This document shows positions 39,697 through 48,160 of a DNA stretch of 64,000 nucleotides, piece by piece (position 1 is the stretch's first letter; every line of letters begins with the position of its first letter). Source of the stretch: Patescibacteria group bacterium (GTDB lineage: Bacteria > Patescibacteriota > Patescibacteriia > Buchananbacterales > SURF-54); NCBI GenBank assembly GCA_018818885.1, contig JAHIRB010000007.1, forward strand, positions 121,089 to 185,088. Reading direction: 5' to 3'. The notes below the pieces were generated by a model. The model saw only the letters and a program-made list of their open reading frames with translations, was not told where the DNA came from and did no database searches. Made by a program: the position numbers and the translations under genes.

Positions 39697-40839
39697 CTAT
39701 TTTGCTTCGCCCAAAAACGCTTCTACTACTCTTTCTTGTTCCTCTCTTATCACCACAAGCTCAATATCATCCCCTATTCTGTATTCTTGTATAAGTTGAG
39801 TTAATGTATTCTTGTTATCTACTGGCACTCCATCAACAGAAATAATAATATCATCAATTTTGAGTTCTGCTTGATATGCTGGAGAAGTACGAGATGGATC
39901 TTGATAAATTAATGCTCCGTTTTTTTGTTGTGTTGTATTAGTATCTGATAGATCTATATACTTTAGCCCTAATCCAGGCCTTTGGATTTCTCCTTGTCTT
40001 AAAACACCCAAGATAACACTAAAAAAATAATTAGTTGGTATTACTTTTTGCAATTCCCCTATTTTGGTTTTTTCTAAAACACCAATTACTTCTCCGCCTA
40101 AATTAACCACTGCGGAACCTAAATAAGCATTGGCTAGCTCATCTTTAAGTAAAATATATTTATAAAAAATTTCTGTAGACCTAATAGCAGTTTTGCCATC
40201 GTCTTTAAAGTTTAGATTTTCTATGTTGGTTATTGTACTTTGTCCAACAGAGTTCATCACAACAACTGTTTGGCCAATAGTTGATTCTTTCCAATCACCC
40301 AAAACTACTGGGGTTAAATTATGTGCATTAATTTTTATAAACGATACATTGGTTAAAGTGTCAGAGACTATTTCATCGATATCATGAGTAGTTTTGTCTA
40401 AAAGCACTGTTAATTGTTTTGAACCATAATTTTTTATTGTTGAGCTTTGGCAGGTTAACCAGCCATCACTAGTTAAAACAAAACAATTGGCTAATAGATC
40501 GTCTTCCAAATAAATATTTTTAGCGATATCACTAGTTTGAGATTTTTTTAAATATAATCCTGCCAAACTTAACCCAATTTTTTGAGACAGATTTTCTACT
40601 ACTATATCTTGTTGTGTACCAGAAAAACTTCTTATTCTGCGAAGTTCAGGAATATCAGCAACATTGGTGTTTATGTTGTAAGCATAGGTGTATGGTTCTA
40701 AGTATGGATCAATATAAACATGGCTGACCATTTGTCCTACAACACCTGCGGAAAATCCAAAAATTGTAGCAATAATTACAATTCTCACTATCATTGCATC
40801 GCTACTTGGTTTAAATATTTTTGGTATTTTTAAATCCAT
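39697..40839 (-). CDS. HtrA/DegP-like trypsin-fold + PDZ protein, catalytically degenerate
   Basis: TM anchor, FVLTSDGW, VVNLGGEVIGV, RPGLGLKY, SPAYQAELKIDDIIISVDG; no GNSGG motif. Confidence 0.75.
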   Translation of the reverse strand: MDLKIPKIFKPSSDAMIVRIVIIATIFGFSAGVVGQMVSHVYIDPYLEPYTYAYNINTNVADIPELRRIRSFSGTQQDIVVENLSQKIGLSLAGLYLKKSQTSDIAKNIYLEDDLLANCFVLTSDGWLTCQSSTIKNYGSKQLTVLLDKTTHDIDEIVSDTLTNVSFIKINAHNLTPVVLGDWKESTIGQTVVVMNSVGQSTITNIENLNFKDDGKTAIRSTEIFYKYILLKDELANAYLGSAVVNLGGEVIGVLEKTKIGELQKVIPTNYFFSVILGVLRQGEIQRPGLGLKYIDLSDTNTTQQKNGALIYQDPSRTSPAYQAELKIDDIIISVDGVPVDNKNTLTQLIQEYRIGDDIELVVIREEQERVVEAFLGEAK

Positions 40840-41594
40840 TTTGCGCTTAGTAAAGTTATTAAAATTATTATTATTAAAACTGTAGTATACCTTTTAATTA
40901 CGCTTTTGTCTAGTATGCCAAGCAATTGGTTTAGTGTAAGGCCAACAACGACGTAGTAGATGGATGCCAGTAAAATAGCGTTAACATAAATACTAGTTGG
41001 TAAAAATGCGATGACCCAGAACCCTTGTACTATAAGCAAAGTGGTGACTAAAATATATAACCAGCTTTGTTCGAAATTAATTTTAGCAATCCACATGGTA
41101 TGATAGGTTGCAAGCATAGAAAAAATGCCTGCTAAAATTAACACTATCCAAACTGAAATTTGTAAAAAAATTATGTACCCAAATAAACTTGTATAGATAA
41201 AAAACAGTGCAATCAAATTAAAATAACTAGAAAAATTCTGCATCCCGTAAGTTTGATATTTTTCTGGTTTGTAATTGAATGAATATAAATTTTCTAAATA
41301 TAGTCCTAGCAATATAGAAATAACTATTATAAATCCGATTTTTAACCATCGCATCTCTAGAAAAATAATAAAATTAAGCGAACCTAATACATACAAAAAC
41401 GGACTAATAAAAAAATACCATAATTTTTTGTTTTTAAAATGTAGGCCTGTCAAGAAAAAAATTGCTAATACAATTACAATTAATAACGAGGGGCTTAACC
41501 AAAAAAAGGTTTTTGGCCTATTTATAATTTCATATAAAATCGAAAAGGACAACAAGGCAGTAAGCGCAGGAACAATTCTTACAAAATTTCTCAT
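40830..41594 (-). CDS. Polytopic membrane protein
   Basis: About 8-9 hydrophobic helices; co-oriented with and abutting its neighbours. Confidence 0.75.
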   Translation of the reverse strand: MRNFVRIVPALTALLSFSILYEIINRPKTFFWLSPSLLIVIVLAIFFLTGLHFKNKKLWYFFISPFLYVLGSLNFIIFLEMRWLKIGFIIVISILLGLYLENLYSFNYKPEKYQTYGMQNFSSYFNLIALFFIYTSLFGYIIFLQISVWIVLILAGIFSMLATYHTMWIAKINFEQSWLYILVTTLLIVQGFWVIAFLPTSIYVNAILLASIYYVVVGLTLNQLLGILDKSVIKRYTTVLIIIILITLLSAKWI

Positions 41595-42332
41595 TTATTT
41601 TAATTGTGCATTAATATTTAATTTTGTTTCTTCTAAGGCAATACTAGTGATATTGCCAAATTCTGTGATGGTTTTGTTATACTCTTCTATTTGAGACCTT
41701 AAAACATTATCTATAATGAAATTTGCTAAGATGGTTGGAATTGGCATATTGCCAAGTGCAATATTTGTAACATCAAAATCAAATAATCCATCTTTTGCTA
41801 TTGGTACTACCCCTAAAGTTAAATATGCGTCTACTGGTTCATTAAGGTGACCAAAAATTTCAATGTTTTTTGTAGTGATAACTGCTTGCAATTGATCAAT
41901 GCTTGAATCATCGTTTGCGGCTATTGGCTCATTTAGCATAGTTGTTAATTGGCCTTCGGTCAAAACAAAATTTAGTTCTTTTGATGGCGTTAACCCAGCA
42001 AAATTTTGAGTAATGATATTCTCGATAGTATCAGAATCTGTTGGCACTACCACTCTAGTAGGTTGGGGTTGCTGATAAAAATATTTAGTAAATACTGGTA
42101 TTTCAAACAGCCCTGTTTTTGCAAACATGGCAAGTGTTAATATGGCTAATACAATTGCGATAATCATATAGCCAAAACAACAAGTACTAATTCTATTTCT
42201 TTTCCATTTTCTTTCCCTTCTTTCAAAATCCTTTGGTGTCTGTAGTTTTTCTTTTTTGTTCTTAATTTTCTGTAATCTCTTAAATTCTGGTGTGTCTTGC
42301 ACTCTGGTTGGTTTTGAATCTACTCTTACCAT
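41595..42332 (-). CDS. Membrane-anchored hypothetical protein
   Basis: Basic N-terminus, single TM, soluble C-terminal domain. Confidence 0.7.
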   Translation of the reverse strand: MVRVDSKPTRVQDTPEFKRLQKIKNKKEKLQTPKDFERRERKWKRNRISTCCFGYMIIAIVLAILTLAMFAKTGLFEIPVFTKYFYQQPQPTRVVVPTDSDTIENIITQNFAGLTPSKELNFVLTEGQLTTMLNEPIAANDDSSIDQLQAVITTKNIEIFGHLNEPVDAYLTLGVVPIAKDGLFDFDVTNIALGNMPIPTILANFIIDNVLRSQIEEYNKTITEFGNITSIALEETKLNINAQLK

Positions 42333-42336
42333 ATAA

Positions 42337-42735
42337 TCAATTGTTAAGCCAAGGGTATTGTGTTACCATTTGGTTAATTTTTGCTATCCCTTCTTCAATT
42401 TTTCCCTGGTCGATTTCTTTTTGTCCGTCTTGAATTAAATCAAAAGCAATAACTAAATTTAAGTGTAATAATTGATAATCAGAAGGAACAGTTAATTCCA
42501 ACAGGTCGTCGATTACGTTATCAAAATTTTGCTTTTGAAAATAAGGTTTGAGTACATCTTCTACATTCTTTTCGTATTCTTTGATTAATTTAGTATTGGT
42601 GACTTGTTGTTGATTTGGTTGAATTAAATCTGTAACCTTATTTTTAACATTTGGGGAAACAAAATAAATAGTTATCAAGATAACTATCAATGCCAAACTT
42701 CCTATCAAAATAATTGATATGTTTTTTTTACACAT
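42337..42735 (-). CDS. Membrane-anchored hypothetical protein
   Basis: N-terminal TM, helical body ending YPWL. Confidence 0.7.
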   Translation of the reverse strand: MCKKNISIILIGSLALIVILITIYFVSPNVKNKVTDLIQPNQQQVTNTKLIKEYEKNVEDVLKPYFQKQNFDNVIDDLLELTVPSDYQLLHLNLVIAFDLIQDGQKEIDQGKIEEGIAKINQMVTQYPWLNN

Positions 42736-42750
42736 TTTTGCTAGATGTTA

Positions 42751-43494
42751 TTACTTCTTTTTAAAACCTTCAAATGCACGCAAAACTTCCAAAGGAATCG
42801 CAAAAATAACTGTATTGGATTGATCTGAAGACAAATCGTTAAGAGACTGTAAAGTTCTTAAATGTAAGGCTCCTGCTGATTGGGCTAATATATCTGCAGC
42901 TTTTCCCATATTAGTTGCTGCAATAACCTCTCCTTCGGCTTTGATAATGACTGCACGCTTTTCTCTTTCTGCTTCTGCTTGTTTAGCAATTGTACGCTTC
43001 ATTTCTTCTGGCAGCTCAATATGCTTTAGATCTACTGACACAACTTTAATTCCCCAAGGATCTGTTGCTTTGTCTACTAATTGTTGAATTCTATCTGAAA
43101 CCATATCACGTTTTGCAAGTAAATCGTCAAGATCTACTTCGCCAACAACATCTCTCATAGTTGTTTGTGCTAATTGTGAAGTTGCATAAGTAAATTGTTC
43201 AACTTCGATAATTGCTGTTTTGGCATCTGCAACCTTGTAATATAATACTGCATTGACGTTAACTGAAACGTTGTCTTTAGTAATTGCATCTTGATCTGGC
43301 ACATCAATTGCCCTGACACGCATATCAACCTTCATTGAACTCTGAATCACAGGAAATACCAAGCGCCACCCTGGTTTCATAACTGATTGAAATTTACCTA
43401 GCATGAATTTTATTCCACGCTCGTATTCATTAATTTGTCGTATACTAATTACAATAACTAGTAATACTAGACCAATGGCCCATAAAATTCCCAT
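42751..43494 (-). CDS. SPFH/band 7 (stomatin-like) protein
   Basis: EYERGI, ITKDNVSV, QLAQTTMRDVVG, DPWGIKV, QAEAEREKRA. Confidence 0.92.
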   Translation of the reverse strand: MGILWAIGLVLLVIVISIRQINEYERGIKFMLGKFQSVMKPGWRLVFPVIQSSMKVDMRVRAIDVPDQDAITKDNVSVNVNAVLYYKVADAKTAIIEVEQFTYATSQLAQTTMRDVVGEVDLDDLLAKRDMVSDRIQQLVDKATDPWGIKVVSVDLKHIELPEEMKRTIAKQAEAEREKRAVIIKAEGEVIAATNMGKAADILAQSAGALHLRTLQSLNDLSSDQSNTVIFAIPLEVLRAFEGFKKK

Positions 43495-43520
43495 AAATTT
43501 AAATATTAATATTTAGACTA

Positions 43521-43865
43521 TTAGAAATTGATAATTACAAGAAAAACTAAAACTGCCGCAAAAAATAATGTACTGAGAGAAATACCTAAAACTTGCATTG
43601 CTTCTTTATATTTTTTTTCATGCCATAAATATGCTGGACCACCCAAGACCATCAAAGCTGATACAGTAGCAGAGAAAATAAAAATTAGTAAAAACAAAAC
43701 TGGCATTAAAATGGTAAAATCACTATCTTGTGTTTGAAAAAATCTTCCAATATTATTCATAATAAAAACTACACCTAAGATGTAGCAAAACTGAGCAAGT
43801 CCGGCTAAGATGCCATAATTAGCTAATGCTCTTGAATCAATTTTTTTTCTTTTTAGAATGGACAT
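43521..43865 (-). CDS. Small membrane protein
   Basis: Three hydrophobic segments. Confidence 0.7.
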   Translation of the reverse strand: MSILKRKKIDSRALANYGILAGLAQFCYILGVVFIMNNIGRFFQTQDSDFTILMPVLFLLIFIFSATVSALMVLGGPAYLWHEKKYKEAMQVLGISLSTLFFAAVLVFLVIINF

Positions 43866-43874
43866 ATATTTTTT

Positions 43875-43961
43875 AAGTTAATAAAGTTATAAAGCGACGG
43901 AGAGATGAAGTTTTTAAATATCTATACTTTATCGCTATATAACTCTATCGCTTTATCGCTT
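43875..43961. repeat. Inverted short-repeat array related to 35547-35613
   Basis: TATAACTCTATCGCTTTATCGC at 43938-43959; AAAGTTATAAAGCGA on the left arm. Confidence 0.6.
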
Positions 43962-43984
43962 CCTAAATAAATTATGTAATACTA

Positions 43985-44323
43985 CTACAACTCAAAACCT
44001 CCACGTTCCATTTCCATCTCGATCCAACTCTCTGAATCTTCATTGTACTGATAAGCTTTAAACTTGTGTACTTTTTCCGTATCAGAATAAATATATTCTA
44101 CCTGCGTATCCGAACCAATCCTACGCGAACCAATTGTTTTTTTATCAATCACTAATGGTTGGGTAGTTCTTTCAAGGCGCATCTTGCCAAGCGGACCAGT
44201 AAATTCGATAATTTCGACTTCGCCCTTTCCTCTTTCTTCTGGCAATATTTCTATACGCTCGTCTAATAATTCAAAATTGTCTTGTATTTTTGCTTTGATA
44301 TCAAGCCATTTTTCGTCGGTCAT
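43985..44323 (-). CDS. Hypothetical protein
   Basis: 112-aa ORF with native composition, co-oriented with neighbours. Confidence 0.7.
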   Translation of the reverse strand: MTDEKWLDIKAKIQDNFELLDERIEILPEERGKGEVEIIEFTGPLGKMRLERTTQPLVIDKKTIGSRRIGSDTQVEYIYSDTEKVHKFKAYQYNEDSESWIEMEMERGGFEL

Positions 44324-44327
44324 ATGC

Positions 44328-44435
44328 GTGAAGTTAAGTGGTGTTAATGAAGTTAGTAAGTTATGGAGTTAATGAAGATATGAAATTAATGTAGAACTTT
44401 CATTAATTGCATTAACTTCGTGACTCCACCACTTC
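44328..44435. repeat. Inverted array of GAAGTTAAT-type 9-mers
   Basis: GAAGTTAAG, GGTGTTAAT, GAAGTTAGT, GGAGTTAAT on the left; ATTAACTTC, GACTCCA, CACTTC on the right; fills the intergenic gap. Confidence 0.6.
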
Positions 44436-44437
44436 TA

Positions 44438-44899
44438 TTATAACAAAAACTCGTCTTTCTTCAAAAGGTATTGATGGGTTTTCTTAAGTAAGTCCTGTTG
44501 CTCTTGATAGTAACCACGCTTTAGAGATGTCTCGTAGTCGAACCAGCCCCAATCAAGATGTTCTTTAGAAATACTAATTTTTTCTTTTTCAGTTTGTGCT
44601 AGATAGTAGACAGAAACATTATAAATTTTTTTCTTTATACCATCTTCAATTTCTACATCAAAATCATATTCAATTTCTTCTCTAAAATCACGTATAAAAA
44701 AAATGTCATTTTTCTTCAATCCAGTCTCTTCTTCTAATTCCCTTAAAGCTGTTAGCATTTCATCTCCTTCTTCGCCCGGATCAACTCGTCCAGATGGCGA
44801 TTTCCAATAAACACCTTCTTGATGCCGGAGTAAAAGATATTTTATATTTCTACCTTTTTTTCTAAATATAATTATTCCTACGTCTTTTTGTTTGATCAT
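44438..44899 (-). CDS. NUDIX hydrolase (Ap4A hydrolase-like)
   Basis: GRVDPGE...ALRELEEETGL Nudix box; SKEHLDWGW. Confidence 0.88.
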   Translation of the reverse strand: MIKQKDVGIIIFRKKGRNIKYLLLRHQEGVYWKSPSGRVDPGEEGDEMLTALRELEEETGLKKNDIFFIRDFREEIEYDFDVEIEDGIKKKIYNVSVYYLAQTEKEKISISKEHLDWGWFDYETSLKRGYYQEQQDLLKKTHQYLLKKDEFLL

Positions 44900-44965
44900 A
44901 CAACTATCATTTTAGCTTATTTTGTAGAATTTGACAAAGGCTAATTTTAATTCTAATATAATTAA

Positions 44966-45165
44966 ATTAGAACCTTGATATCACCGATAAATTCTCGAGG
45001 CTAATCTTATATTGGTTATGAGATGATGGGGCAGGTTTAAGTCGCGCGGGAGACTTGCCTGTCCTGCCTCGAGAAAATTTTTTGACCGCCGGTTGCAGGG
45101 TCGTATCTGCATCAATGTATGCAGCATCGATTCTATTTACCACCACCTTCTGGCGGTCTTTTTTT
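44966..45165 (+). ncRNA. Candidate unannotated structured RNA (~200 nt)
   Basis: TTGACA at 44931, 17 nt, TAATAT at 44954. TTCTCGAGGC/GCCTCGAGAA closes two hairpins; then a long GACCGCCGG/CTGGCGGTC hairpin and T7. Confidence 0.5.
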
Positions 45166-45173
45166 ACATTAAA

Positions 45174-45234
45174 ACAAGAGCCGAGGCATCTTGCCTCGGC
45201 TCTTGTAATATTTGGTGAGGCAAGATGCCTCACT
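45174..45234. repeat. REP-like inverted doublet
   Basis: ACAAGAGCCGAGGCA-TCT-TGCCTCGGCTCTTGT (15-bp stem) and GTGAGGCA-AGA-TGCCTCAC; the cores are reverse complements of each other. Confidence 0.65.
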
Positions 45235-45250
45235 ATGATGCATGATTGAT

Positions 45251-46108
45251 TTATTTAAATTCTTCTAGAAATTCTGAAATATCACCTGACGTTACACCTT
45301 GTTCTACAAGTGACTTATCTTTTATTTGAGGTAATTGTGATTCATAACTTGATTGATCTCCTACATACAATACGCCGATAGGAATTTTTTCTCCCCACTC
45401 ACCTGCTTTAATTAACGCAGCATCTTTATCTTTTGTATTCCAATTTTCATCTTCTAATTTGTATATACGTTCTTTGTACCATTGAAAAGTATTTACTTTA
45501 TTCCAAGTAATGCATGGCTGTAACACATCAACTAAAGAAAATCCTTTGTGTTCTATTGCTTGCTTAAATATTTCTTTACAATGTTTGATATCACCGGCAA
45601 AAGTTCTGGCAACAAAACTAGCACCTTGAGGGATAGCTACTTGTAATGGATGGAATGGCTGTTCAAGCTGGCCTGAAGGCGTAGTTTTTGTTTCCATACC
45701 TGTATCTGTTGTTGGTGATGCTTGGCCAGTTGTTAAGCCGTATATCTGATTATTATGTATAAGCAAAGTGATATCAAAATTCATTCTACAACCATGCAAA
45801 AAATGGTTACCACCTTCACCATAACCTCCGCCATCACCAGAAGCTGCAATTACTTTTAAATTGTGATTTGCCATTTTAATAGCCTCTGCAACAGGAACAG
45901 TTCTACCATGCAAGCTATGAAAACCATATAAATTATGCCAGTTAACTCCATTACCACAACAACCAATATCAAAAACCATTGCTATTTGGTGTGGTTCTAA
46001 ACCTAGTTCTGAAAGTGATTCCTTAAAACCTTGCCACAAACCAAAATTACCACAACCAGGACACCAGGTTGGAGTTACGTGAGTATTGAAGTCTTGTGGT
46101 TTAGCCAT
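45251..46108 (-). CDS. korB: 2-oxoacid:ferredoxin oxidoreductase beta subunit
   Basis: PTWCPGCGNFG, IGCCG, HSLHGR, GDGG, NNQIYGLTTGQASPT. Confidence 0.92.
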   Translation of the reverse strand: MAKPQDFNTHVTPTWCPGCGNFGLWQGFKESLSELGLEPHQIAMVFDIGCCGNGVNWHNLYGFHSLHGRTVPVAEAIKMANHNLKVIAASGDGGGYGEGGNHFLHGCRMNFDITLLIHNNQIYGLTTGQASPTTDTGMETKTTPSGQLEQPFHPLQVAIPQGASFVARTFAGDIKHCKEIFKQAIEHKGFSLVDVLQPCITWNKVNTFQWYKERIYKLEDENWNTKDKDAALIKAGEWGEKIPIGVLYVGDQSSYESQLPQIKDKSLVEQGVTSGDISEFLEEFK

Positions 46109-46109
46109 A

Positions 46110-47885
46110 TTATTTTAATTTTTCTATTAACTCTTCTGGGAAAAACGGGATACCGGTGTATTTTAGTATTTTGTTATCAAATTCAATATTTAAATTCTCT
46201 TTAAGCAAATCTCCGAATTGACCTGTTTTGTTTGATTCAATCAACCACAATTTCTTACTACCTTTGATTAGTTTTTTAACTTCTTCTGCATCAATTGGCG
46301 CAACTGCTGTAAAGTGAATAAAATTAAACTTATCTGCTGGTAGCGCTTTCATAGCTTCTAAAACTGCTCCCTTGACTGATCCCCAGCCGATTAGAGTGGT
46401 TTTTGCACTCTTTGAGCCATAGAATCTTGGCTTGGGTAATTCCTTAATAATGCTTGGAAGCTTCTTATATCGTCTATCTTGTTGCTTAATTCTCATTTCT
46501 GCATCAAAGGCTTCTATAGTAAAACCGTGTTCGTCGTGTTCATCTGAATTAGCAATATGCACTCCTCCTTTCATGCCAGGAAAAGCACGTGAAGATATTC
46601 CATCTGCAGTTAGCTCGTATCTTTTATAATCTTTTATTTTGTCTAGTTGTTCTTGTGTTAAAATTTTGCCTCGATCAATTTTGACATTTGTTGTGACTAA
46701 CTCATCAACTGATTCATGTCCTTCGGAAATAAACTTATCTAGCAAGATTACTACTGGCACTTGATATTTTTCTGCTAAGTTAAATGCCCATGGTGTTAAA
46801 AACATTGCTTCTTTAGCATCACCAGGAGCTAATACGATTCGGATGAAATCTCCATGACCAACATTAGCAATAAATCTTAAATCTTCTTGTCCACCCCATG
46901 TTGGTAACCCTGTTGCTGGGCCTGGTCTTTGAGATTCAGCGATAACAACAGGAGTTTCTGTCAAAGCTGCCAAAGCCACACCTTCTGCCATCAAAGCAAA
47001 ACCTCCACCAGATGTACAGGTCATAGACCTTACCCCTGCATAACCTGCTCCTATTGCCATGTGAATAGCAGAAATTTCGTCTTCTGGTTGTTTTACTATC
47101 ATACCAGACCGCTCTGCCCACTTAGCTGCGTAATGTAAAATTGACGACGCAGGTGTCATTGGATAAGCTGACATGAACTTACAGCCAGCTGCAATGCTGC
47201 CCAAAACTACTGCTTCGTTGGCAGTGATAACTACTTTATCTTTTCCGCCAGAGGCGGGTCCGCCTTTGGCGGATTTCTCTGGCTTGGTTTTTAAATCGTA
47301 TTTAAATTCTTTGGGATTACTATTTTGTGTCGCGTAATCAAAACCCGTTTTGATTGCTTTAATATTCATATCTATTACTTCTTTACCTTTACTGGCAAAA
47401 ATATCTCGCATCATACTGTTTAGTAGCTCTATGTTAAAATCAAGCATTGCCGCTACTGCGCCAATTGCAATTGAATTGGTAGTAATTGGTTTTAAGGTAG
47501 CTTCTTTGACAATTGTTGCTAAAGGCAATGGATATAGTTTGATATTTTTATCTTTTGGCAGTTCGCTTTGCTCTATTTTGAATTTATCAGAATCATAAAA
47601 AACCACTGCACCAGAAACAAGTTCATTTTTGCAGTGATCAAAAGAAAGCTTTGAAAGACATATCATTAAATTAACGTCGTAGTAGGCAGCATAAACAGGT
47701 TCTGGCCCAACGCTAATTTGATAGGTAACAAGCCCGCCTCTAATTCGAGATGGGTATTCTGAATAATCATAAGTATAAAGACCTCCGCGCGCGCAAGCCT
47801 TAGCAAAGGTTAAACCAGCAACTTGTTGGCCTTGTCCTGCTTCGCCTCCGATCTTTAACGTAAATATGTTGGAATTTTTCGGCAT
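46110..47885 (-). CDS. korA: 2-oxoacid:ferredoxin oxidoreductase alpha subunit (gamma-alpha fusion)
   Basis: IGGEAGQG, EYPSRIRGG, YPMTPAS, EDEISA, TSGGGFALM, QRPGPATGLPT. Confidence 0.92.
   Translation of the reverse strand: MPKNSNIFTLKIGGEAGQGQQVAGLTFAKACARGGLYTYDYSEYPSRIRGGLVTYQISVGPEPVYAAYYDVNLMICLSKLSFDHCKNELVSGAVVFYDSDKFKIEQSELPKDKNIKLYPLPLATIVKEATLKPITTNSIAIGAVAAMLDFNIELLNSMMRDIFASKGKEVIDMNIKAIKTGFDYATQNSNPKEFKYDLKTKPEKSAKGGPASGGKDKVVITANEAVVLGSIAAGCKFMSAYPMTPASSILHYAAKWAERSGMIVKQPEDEISAIHMAIGAGYAGVRSMTCTSGGGFALMAEGVALAALTETPVVIAESQRPGPATGLPTWGGQEDLRFIANVGHGDFIRIVLAPGDAKEAMFLTPWAFNLAEKYQVPVVILLDKFISEGHESVDELVTTNVKIDRGKILTQEQLDKIKDYKRYELTADGISSRAFPGMKGGVHIANSDEHDEHGFTIEAFDAEMRIKQQDRRYKKLPSIIKELPKPRFYGSKSAKTTLIGWGSVKGAVLEAMKALPADKFNFIHFTAVAPIDAEEVKKLIKGSKKLWLIESNKTGQFGDLLKENLNIEFDNKILKYTGIPFFPEELIEKLK
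47244..47273. repeat. 30-bp double palindrome in frame within korA
   Basis: TCCGCC-AGA-GGCGGG followed by TCCGCC-TTT-GGCGGA; encodes SAKGGPASGG. Confidence 0.7.
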
Positions 47886-47943
47886 AAAATTAAAACTTGG
47901 TGATCTTTGTGATCATGGTGTTATTTTAGCTAAAACAACTAAA

Positions 47944-48117
47944 TTATAGGTCTTGTGGTTTAACTGTAGTACGCCTGTTGCTCTTGCAACGATAAGTTGC
48001 AACTTCAAGGAGTTGTACTACTTTTTCGTTTAAAGCCCCCAAAGTATCACTAGAAGTGTGACAGCCTTTTGATTTAATATAAGCCTTAACTTTTGAGCCC
48101 ACTACCATTGTATCCAT
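47944..48117 (-). CDS. Bacterial histone-fold protein (57 aa)
   Basis: Below the ORF-track cutoff. Hand translation MDTMVVGSKVKAYIKSKGCHTSSDTLGALNEKVVQLLEVATYRCKSNRRTTVKPQDL; VVxSKVK start and RxTVxxxD end as in single-fold bacterial/archaeal histones. Confidence 0.85.
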   Translation of the reverse strand: MDTMVVGSKVKAYIKSKGCHTSSDTLGALNEKVVQLLEVATYRCKSNRRTTVKPQDL

Positions 48118-48160
48118 ACGTTTGGTAGTTAATTGTTAGCTCAATCTTATTATAACAAAA

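Noticed and set aside
44967-45249. 88-aa and 64-aa ORFs
   Set aside because: They run through palindromic repeats and the candidate ncRNA, and have atypical composition.
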